Positions 19,272 to 25,853 of a DNA stretch of 53,117 nucleotides are shown here, one piece after another. The DNA comes from a virus (lineage: Duplodnaviria > Caudoviricetes). The stretch spans positions 1 through 53,117 of the IMG/VR virus record IMGVR_UViG_3300030110_004955. The stretch is one strand, 5' to 3'. The position numbers were made by a program, and so were the translations under genes. Within the stretch, counting starts at the first letter, position 1, and each line of letters opens with the position of its first letter. The notes below the pieces were generated by a model. That model was not told where the DNA came from. It did not search any database and saw only the letters and a list, made by a program, of their open reading frames with translations.

Positions 19272-19555
19272 ATACAAAAGAATGGGTGGTTCCCGGCATT
19301 ACTGTAGTTTTTGCAGCAGGCATTTCTTTCGCGTCTTTTGAGTCAGCGGCTCAAGATGTAGAAGAGATTGATCAGCGTGTCGAAGTCCTTGAGTCTAAAT
19401 CAGGAAAGCAAGAGTTGGTTGACCTCAAGATTGAGGGTGTTGAGAAACGCCTCGATAAGATGGAAGACCTAATGGCTAAGATGCTTGAAGTGCAGCAACA
19501 GCAAGCCATTAACCAAGCCAAGATTTGCTCTGCCACTAACGCGGACTGTGACTGA
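19268..19555 (+). CDS. TM plus coiled-coil protein in the lysis cassette
   Basis: N-terminal hydrophobic segment and heptad pattern; coupled to the endolysin candidate. Confidence 0.45.
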   Translation: MNTKEWVVPGITVVFAAGISFASFESAAQDVEEIDQRVEVLESKSGKQELVDLKIEGVEKRLDKMEDLMAKMLEVQQQQAINQAKICSATNADCD

Positions 19556-20130
19556 TGCGCCCTGTTCTCTTAGATTATGTAGCTTCGTTAGGGTACACGG
19601 TCTTTGAGAGAGGCGAGTACAACCTGAACATCATCGGCATCCGTAGCAAGGATCACCAAGCCAACAGCTTTGACGACCGCATGTGTGTCGTGTTCCGTGA
19701 TGAGCAGGGCTGGATCACTCGCACTTGGGAATGTACTACTGAGCCTGGAAAATACTGGCTTGAGAACCCCACTCGCGTCGAAGGGACTGCTATTCTTGTA
19801 CCTGGACAATATCGATCTGTTTGGAAGATTGATAAGCATCAGGGAAAATATGACGCGCTCTGCCAGAGGAACGGTACGGTTAAAACTTACCGGGATAGCA
19901 ATAAAGACGACGTTATTGATCTTGATGTACAGTCTATTACTGAAGGCTATTATGGAATCAACATCCACAAAGCGGGCTCAGCATCGACGCAAGTAGATAA
20001 GTGGTCTGCTGGATGTCAGGTATTCAGTCACAGCAAGGACTTTGAAGAATTTATGTCCATCTGCTACGCGGCCAGGGATAAGTGGGGCAATAGCTTCAGC
20101 TATACTCTGATCGACGAACCGGAGTTTTAA
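19555..20130 (+). CDS. Putative endolysin, YkuD/L,D-transpeptidase-like fold
   Basis: GINIHKAG...WSAGCQV matches the His...S-x-G-C catalytic motif; flanked by holin-like genes. Confidence 0.6.
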   Translation: MRPVLLDYVASLGYTVFERGEYNLNIIGIRSKDHQANSFDDRMCVVFRDEQGWITRTWECTTEPGKYWLENPTRVEGTAILVPGQYRSVWKIDKHQGKYDALCQRNGTVKTYRDSNKDDVIDLDVQSITEGYYGINIHKAGSASTQVDKWSAGCQVFSHSKDFEEFMSICYAARDKWGNSFSYTLIDEPEF

Positions 20131-20435
20131 TGGAAGCCCTGGTAGACACACTGCTATCAGGGGGTCACTTAGGCGTTTTCGCGGCGTTCTTGGTGTATCA
20201 GTTTATGGCTATGCAAAAGCGCCTTGATAAACTAGTAGAGGGTTTTCAAGAACAGCTTGATGAGATTCGTAAAGAGTATGAGGCTCGGTCTGAAAAAATG
20301 CGTGAGCGGTACGATCGAGTAATCCAAGAGTATCGTTCTACTGCAGACAATCAATCTAAAGACTTTTTGATCACACGCACAAAAGTCCACAACGATATTG
20401 TTGCAAAGCTTGATCGACTTCTGGACAAAAAATAA
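20130..20435 (+). CDS. Holin-like protein (single TM plus coiled coil)
   Basis: N-terminal TM and long charged helix; TAATG-coupled to the endolysin candidate. Confidence 0.5.
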   Translation: MEALVDTLLSGGHLGVFAAFLVYQFMAMQKRLDKLVEGFQEQLDEIRKEYEARSEKMRERYDRVIQEYRSTADNQSKDFLITRTKVHNDIVAKLDRLLDKK

Positions 20436-20467
20436 ACCCACCTGAGTCGTGACACTCAGATGGGCTC
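20427..20467 (-). terminator. Rho-independent terminator for minus-strand transcripts
   Basis: Minus strand reads GAGCCCATCTGAGT-gtcacg-ACTCAGGTGGGTTT followed by ATTTTTT; lies between convergent genes. Confidence 0.75.
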
Positions 20468-20556
20468 AGCTTTAATCCACGGGATTAGATAAGTCTCAGA
20501 CCATCCGAGACTTGTGAACACCACCGTTAAGTGGACTAGTCACTAATGTGACCAAA
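20468..20556 (-). ncRNA. Candidate structured RNA / 3' UTR with four tandem hairpins
   Basis: Four consecutive stems upstream of the terminator; most mismatches resolve as G-U pairs on the minus strand. Confidence 0.35.
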
Positions 20557-20588
20557 GATCCTAACCAGGTTGTGTCTGATTACAAGAT

Positions 20589-20849
20589 TTATGACTCTGG
20601 TGTGTCGTGATAAAAAAGATCAGCTACGCGATCAAGTAGGTTTTCAGATGCTTCAAGTGCATCATCACCGATACCAATCGCAATTTGTTCGCCGCTGATT
20701 GTAAGTGCAAATCCGTCTTCAATCGGCAGCACATCAATATCGTCGTAGCCTAAGTCTTCGAGAGCATCGATTAACTTTGTCGAATTCAGAGAAGCTAGGG
20801 CGATTGAAGCAAGATCTGGTGTCATTGGAATAAATGTATTGTAACTCAT
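20589..20849 (-). CDS. Hypothetical acidic protein
   Basis: 86 aa; ATGA overlap with the upstream HTH gene. Confidence 0.6.
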   Translation of the reverse strand: MSYNTFIPMTPDLASIALASLNSTKLIDALEDLGYDDIDVLPIEDGFALTISGEQIAIGIGDDALEASENLLDRVADLFYHDTPES

Positions 20850-21145
20850 CTTTTAGACCATCTTCCAGGTCCACTACGAGCATCTATTCTTGCACGTTCA
20901 CCTAAGTCAACAAGGTGTGCCACCCAACTTTCGTATCTAACGGGCTCATTCTCCCCTATTTTTGGTGAGGAAGAAAAAGCTTCAGCCAATCCCTTAACGT
21001 GGCGCATTGTAGGTAAGCGTGTACCAGATTCAATCCGACTGACTTCTGATTGACTTAAACCTGAAGCACGAGAAAGATCTGCAAGCGTCCACTTCCGAGA
21101 CTCACGGGACTTTCGCATAAAACGAGAAAATGAACTAACAGACAT
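20846..21145 (-). CDS. XRE/Cro-CI family HTH transcriptional regulator
   Basis: RESRKWTLADLSRASGLSQSEVSRIESGTRLP is a canonical HTH_3 pattern; AGGAG RBS precedes the ATG at 21145. Confidence 0.85.
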   Translation of the reverse strand: MSVSSFSRFMRKSRESRKWTLADLSRASGLSQSEVSRIESGTRLPTMRHVKGLAEAFSSSPKIGENEPVRYESWVAHLVDLGERARIDARSGPGRWSKR

Positions 21146-21165
21146 AAAATCTCCTAAGCACCGTA

Positions 21166-21194
21166 ACGGTAGCCTAAAAAACACACTACGTCAA
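21166..21194 (-). promoter_or_regulatory. Sigma70-type promoter for the XRE gene
   Basis: TTGACG-N17-TACCGT on the minus strand, ~20 nt upstream of the ATG. Confidence 0.55.
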
Positions 21195-21203
21195 CTTTTA
21201 GTC

Positions 21204-21232
21204 TTGACACCCTGTCAACGATGCTTTACGCT
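21204..21232 (+). promoter_or_regulatory. Sigma70-type promoter for the replication operon, overlapping the palindrome TTGACA-CCC-TGTCAA
   Basis: TTGACA-N17-TACGCT; the predicted +1 falls at about the ATG at 21239. Confidence 0.6.
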
Positions 21233-21238
21233 CAGAAC

Positions 21239-23161
21239 ATGACCCCACAACCCCACATACTTTATCGAGTCCCTGGTCAGTGTAATTTTGACCTGCTCCA
21301 AAGTTTCGAAGCATTGATCCCTGGTACACTTGTTTATGGGAAACGATCGTATGGGCGTCGGTTCCGATTGAAGAATGCGACGGACGATGAAAAGCGGGAG
21401 ATCGTGACATGCGAAATTTACGCACCACTACACGCCGCATGGCTCGTGGAATCTTCACTCGCACACAACTCATTGGCCTTTACTTTCTCGGCTACGGACA
21501 TCGACGGTATCACGGGATGGTCAAACGAAGAAAATCAAAGAAGTCTTTTCGAAGACGTAGGTAGACAATCGTCCAACCAGTCAGTTTTGTCTGGTGAATT
21601 ACGCGAGCACGTGCTTGAGATAGCCACTCCGTATCAATTTATGGGTGTAGCCTGGGCTCAGAAGCGACCGTGGGTCATGAATGTCTGGGCTTGTGGTTCA
21701 GGTAAAACCCTTGGCGCTATTATGGCGTCTCTTAGTCGTCCTGGTCCCGTCGTTGTGGTTTGTCCCGCTAAAGCGAGGCACGTATGGTGGAGTCAAGTAC
21801 AAGAGTACACGCACATAAAACCCTACCGTGTTCGACCAAGCTCTGAGAAACGCAAGAAACACCAGACGTTTGAAGATTACTTAGATGAGTGCCGTCGCGA
21901 GAGTCAAAGACCCTTTGTGGTTGTCGGTGCAGAAGCATTGGTAGACAACATAAGTATTGTGCGCGACCTAAAACCGAAGATATTGATTCTCGATGAAATC
22001 CACACACACGGGAGCCGCAAACGTTGGACAGCTATACAGGAGGCAGACGGTAGCGTCTCGTTCGAGAGGCGCAAAACTGCAGCCAGTAACCGGGCTAACT
22101 CTGCGATTAACCGCGAGAACCGTGCTGTTGCTGCGATGGATCTCAGCAGGCTTCGCAGTCTTGATTTGCGCATTGGTCTAACAGCAACGCCGTTGGATGA
22201 CGGTCGTCCTCGCAGGCTCTGGTCTCAGCTAGACTTGCTTGCTCCTGGCGGCTTCTCACACAGCTATTCTAATTTTGCTCATCGCTACTGTGCTGCAAGG
22301 CCCGGTCAATATGGTGGGCTCGATGACACTGGTGCGAGTAACCTTGCTGAATTGAAAGCCCGTTGTTCTTTTCTGGTTCACGAGGTTCCATACTCTGAGT
22401 CGCACGCTGCGTTGCCTGATACTCGAGTACAGGTTGTGTACCTTAGCTCAACAGAGTTGAATCGAGCCGAGCGTTGGAGTGACGAACACACATTTGGTCA
22501 AGCCATGAAAGGTTTTGTGAAGGAAGCACGTGCAAATCCCCTGGCACGTGAGCGGGTAGTGGAGGCACGATTAGCCGAAGCTTGTAGTAGAAAGCGGAAA
22601 TACGTTGTGGGTGAAGCCCTTGAAGGTTTAAAGGGCGGGGGTAAGGTAGTAATCTTCACCGCGCGTCGGCGTGAAACGGAGTTGTGGGAGCACGATTTAC
22701 GTCGCGCGCTAAAGCGTGGGGATGAAGCCTTAGGCGAGGTTCCGGTTTGGATGGCACACGGCGGTGTCCCTGAATCTGAACGGGATATCATGGTTGACGC
22801 GTTCAGGGAATCGAAGGGGCCCTGCTGTCTTGTTGCTACAGGACAGAGCGTTGGCACTGGTGTTGATGGTATGCAGACTGCGGACCTCGCCATTTTTGCT
22901 ATGCTTCCTTGGAAACCAGGCGACTTCGTTCAGTGGAAGGGTCGGTTTGACCGACTGGGCGGTAGTGCCACACTATTGAAAGTCGTGGTTGCCCAAGGAA
23001 CCTACGATGAACGTGTAGTTGAGATCCTTGTCGAGAAGTTTGGGCCTATCGAAAGCTTCTTGAAAGCAGATGAGCTTGACGGATTGGGTGACAAACTACT
23101 CGGAATGGAAGACGAGGGTGCTCTTGTCAGCAGCATCATTAGTAAGTTGGAGGTTGCATGA
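21239..23161 (+). CDS. SNF2-like superfamily 2 helicase
   Basis: Motif I CGSGKT, motif II LILDEIH, motif III GLTATP, motif VI QWKGRFDRLG. Confidence 0.85.
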   Translation: MTPQPHILYRVPGQCNFDLLQSFEALIPGTLVYGKRSYGRRFRLKNATDDEKREIVTCEIYAPLHAAWLVESSLAHNSLAFTFSATDIDGITGWSNEENQRSLFEDVGRQSSNQSVLSGELREHVLEIATPYQFMGVAWAQKRPWVMNVWACGSGKTLGAIMASLSRPGPVVVVCPAKARHVWWSQVQEYTHIKPYRVRPSSEKRKKHQTFEDYLDECRRESQRPFVVVGAEALVDNISIVRDLKPKILILDEIHTHGSRKRWTAIQEADGSVSFERRKTAASNRANSAINRENRAVAAMDLSRLRSLDLRIGLTATPLDDGRPRRLWSQLDLLAPGGFSHSYSNFAHRYCAARPGQYGGLDDTGASNLAELKARCSFLVHEVPYSESHAALPDTRVQVVYLSSTELNRAERWSDEHTFGQAMKGFVKEARANPLARERVVEARLAEACSRKRKYVVGEALEGLKGGGKVVIFTARRRETELWEHDLRRALKRGDEALGEVPVWMAHGGVPESERDIMVDAFRESKGPCCLVATGQSVGTGVDGMQTADLAIFAMLPWKPGDFVQWKGRFDRLGGSATLLKVVVAQGTYDERVVEILVEKFGPIESFLKADELDGLGDKLLGMEDEGALVSSIISKLEVA

Positions 23162-24147
23162 CGGAAAAAATACTGATCGATGCGGGACGTAGTAGCCGTG
23201 GTTGGTCGCGGATTGGTTCATTCTTCCGTTGCCCCCAACTGTTTGCTTACCAAAACCGGTTGGACATGAGTCTTATTCCTGCGGGCGCTTTGACCCGAGG
23301 GAGTATGGGACACATCGTCCAGGCGCACCAACATGCTATTTGGGGGGCGCGTTCCCGTGAAGGTGTGTGGGTTGATGAGACAAGGTACGATGACCCCAAT
23401 GTCTTTTTCGAACCTGAAGAAGCCGTACGTATCTGGTGCGATACCAATGGTGGGCATGAGTATCTTGATCGTATGATTGAAACGTTTCATCGTTATATGG
23501 AAGCGTATCCAGAGTGCCCCGGTGAGGTTGTTGCTGTAGAGTACCCGATCACCGCAGTCTTAGGTACGAAGGACAATAAATGGGGTTTGTGGGTTGTTCA
23601 CCCAGAAGAGCAGCATTTTAATCGTAGGGCTGCATCAGTGAAGGCGTGGGACGGATCAAAGATTATTCCGTCACCGCTTAATTGCCCAGGCCACCCTGAC
23701 TCTGGTTCTGCTGTGGTGCTCACACGTAGGCTGGACTTAGTTATTCGTGACCGTGCCGGTAAGATTTACATCTGGGACCACAAACACCAAGCGCGAGTTT
23801 CACCGAATAAAAGCGTGGATGGCTACGCTGTTGATGGTGGTTTTGCGGCCTTTCGAATCATGGGCAAGCAGCTTTACGGTAGTAGCTTCGGCGGTGTAGC
23901 CCTCAACCTTATTCAAACACAGGCGCCGTGGAAGGTTGCACGTCCAATGGTTCCCGCAACGCCGCACAGAGATCAGCACTTTGCCGATATGTTATGGCGA
24001 GCGGAACACAATCTTGCACGTCTCGACTTAGACCTACCTAAGTTTTGGGACTGGCCAAAGGTACAACATGAGACCACCTGTGTGGGTCGATACGGTTCGT
24101 GCCCCGCTATCAAGATGTGTTTCTATGGCGAAGCTGCCACAATTTGA
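23158..24147 (+). CDS. PD-(D/E)xK Cas4/RecB-like exonuclease with probable Fe-S cluster
   Basis: N-terminal CP; RLDLV...IWDHK catalytic motif; C-terminal C-x6-CP-x4-C, giving a 1+3 Cys arrangement. Confidence 0.75.
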   Translation: MTEKILIDAGRSSRGWSRIGSFFRCPQLFAYQNRLDMSLIPAGALTRGSMGHIVQAHQHAIWGARSREGVWVDETRYDDPNVFFEPEEAVRIWCDTNGGHEYLDRMIETFHRYMEAYPECPGEVVAVEYPITAVLGTKDNKWGLWVVHPEEQHFNRRAASVKAWDGSKIIPSPLNCPGHPDSGSAVVLTRRLDLVIRDRAGKIYIWDHKHQARVSPNKSVDGYAVDGGFAAFRIMGKQLYGSSFGGVALNLIQTQAPWKVARPMVPATPHRDQHFADMLWRAEHNLARLDLDLPKFWDWPKVQHETTCVGRYGSCPAIKMCFYGEAATI

Positions 24148-24212
24148 CCGGTTTAACAGAGTCGCATCTGTTACCCTCTATGACCCAAAGCTTAAACAAC
24201 CTGGAGAATCGA

Positions 24213-25193
24213 ATGACATCAGACACTTTGTTGCCCACCGTAATGATTACGGTGTACGGCAAGCCGAAACAGAAAAAGACCAGTGACGCACTGGCCACGT
24301 TTCCTACGGCACTGTTCCTGGGTGTGCCCTCGGCCATCACGCTTGTGGCGCAAAATGAATTAGGGTTCACTCCCTCAGTCCACCCCAACTCACCGAAGAC
24401 ATTACCTGAGTTGGTGAATCTTCTGCAGTCTCTCGCAGACAGTGGTGAGGCGCTAAAGTACGGTGCAATTGTCGTCGATGACTTGAGCCACCTGTGTCAG
24501 CGTTCGATGCTTGAGTGGGCTGAAGCAGCGCCTACAGGCAGGAGTGGAAAGAAAGACCGCTTTTACCCCTACCAGCAACTCAATCATTACTTGCTCGAGA
24601 TCGCGCACTTGTCTCGTCATGTAGGTGTTCACTTGCTGATGACCTTCCATGAACGGACTCCAGGCACCAATGCTGACGGACGATTCTGTCCTGGCGGTCC
24701 CGATGTTCCAAGTCGCAACCAAGTTGAGACATTGCCCTCTTGGTGTGACATTAATGTTCGAGCAATGGTCGACCCTAACTATCCAGACCCGTGGTTCCCG
24801 AGTATCTACTACTGTGACCCAACCAACCCAGAATGGGTGACGGGTGATCGCACAGGTGTCTGTACTCAGAAGACACCTGGTAACCTTCGAGAGATTTTAC
24901 GTGCGAGCGAAAGCAACTATCGTCTAAGTAGACTACCTGAATTAGAGTGGCAAGATGAGGTAGCTGATCTTGTTGCTGCAGGTATGGTTTCCGGGTCACC
25001 TGTACAAGAAGCTATTCAATCTGCTGTAGCAGGTCGCTCAGATAATCCACTGCATCTTCGTTGGGCTTGCCAAGACGGAATTGCCCGAGGTGTATTGGCT
25101 CAACAAGCGAAGCAATCTTTGTTTGATTTCACCGAGAAAGAAGAACGTGTAAGCAATTCACCAACATTGCCGCCACCACCGCCTTCGTCATAG
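24213..25193 (+). CDS. Sak4-like / AAA_24 P-loop ATPase (single-strand annealing)
   Basis: ITVYGKPKQKKTS deviant Walker A, IVVDDLS Walker B, TFHE motif; GGAG RBS; sits between nuclease and SSB as usual for Sak4. Confidence 0.7.
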   Translation: MTSDTLLPTVMITVYGKPKQKKTSDALATFPTALFLGVPSAITLVAQNELGFTPSVHPNSPKTLPELVNLLQSLADSGEALKYGAIVVDDLSHLCQRSMLEWAEAAPTGRSGKKDRFYPYQQLNHYLLEIAHLSRHVGVHLLMTFHERTPGTNADGRFCPGGPDVPSRNQVETLPSWCDINVRAMVDPNYPDPWFPSIYYCDPTNPEWVTGDRTGVCTQKTPGNLREILRASESNYRLSRLPELEWQDEVADLVAAGMVSGSPVQEAIQSAVAGRSDNPLHLRWACQDGIARGVLAQQAKQSLFDFTEKEERVSNSPTLPPPPPSS

Positions 25194-25241
25194 TTTTAAC
25201 CCCCGGTCTTTTGACCATCAACATCAACAACGGAGCCAACA

Positions 25242-25850
25242 ATGGCTATTAAAATCGCAGGTAACGCGTTCCAAGGTATTAGTTCCTTGGGTTCATCCAC
25301 ACCAGAAGAAGGGTTTTATCCCGTCACTATCGTTAACATTGAAACCGGTCCAAACGATAAGCCTGGTACTCGACGGTTTCACGTTCAGTTTGAAGCTGGA
25401 TTCAAGATGTTCACGTTTGTGAGTCTACCTTATGACGAAGGCGGCAATATGCTGCCTGGTCTTTCGGACAAGCAGGTTCGTGGTCGCATGGCTGCTCTTC
25501 GCACCATTCTTGAGTCTCTTGGATACACCAAGGAAAACATTGAAACCGCTCAAGAGATTAATGACTCTTGGTTCTTGTCGAGCATGAACAATGGTCGTCA
25601 GGCTTATGTCGAGTTTGTCCCTGGTCAAAAGGGTGTTTCCGGTTCTTACAATGAGATCCGTAAATTCTTGACGAAGGTTCAGTACGAAGCCCTGAAGTCT
25701 TCAGGTGAGTCGGCTCCAGTACAAGAAAGTCCTGTGGTTCAAGCAGCACCAGTAACACCAGCAGCACCACCAACGAACGGTGCTCCAGTCCCTTCTGCCG
25801 GTGTTTCCCTACCACCAGCCGTAAGCGCTGCACAAAACATTGTGAGTTAA
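25242..25850 (+). CDS. Putative ssDNA-binding protein (DUF669-like)
   Basis: PEEGFYPVTIVNIE N-terminus, YNEIRKF motif, flexible Pro/Ala tail; follows the Sak4-like gene. Confidence 0.55.
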   Translation: MAIKIAGNAFQGISSLGSSTPEEGFYPVTIVNIETGPNDKPGTRRFHVQFEAGFKMFTFVSLPYDEGGNMLPGLSDKQVRGRMAALRTILESLGYTKENIETAQEINDSWFLSSMNNGRQAYVEFVPGQKGVSGSYNEIRKFLTKVQYEALKSSGESAPVQESPVVQAAPVTPAAPPTNGAPVPSAGVSLPPAVSAAQNIVS

Positions 25851-25853
25851 ATA

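Noticed and set aside
20468-20556. tRNA gene
   Set aside because: The hairpins are serial with no enclosing acceptor stem, T-loop GTTC motif or CCA end.
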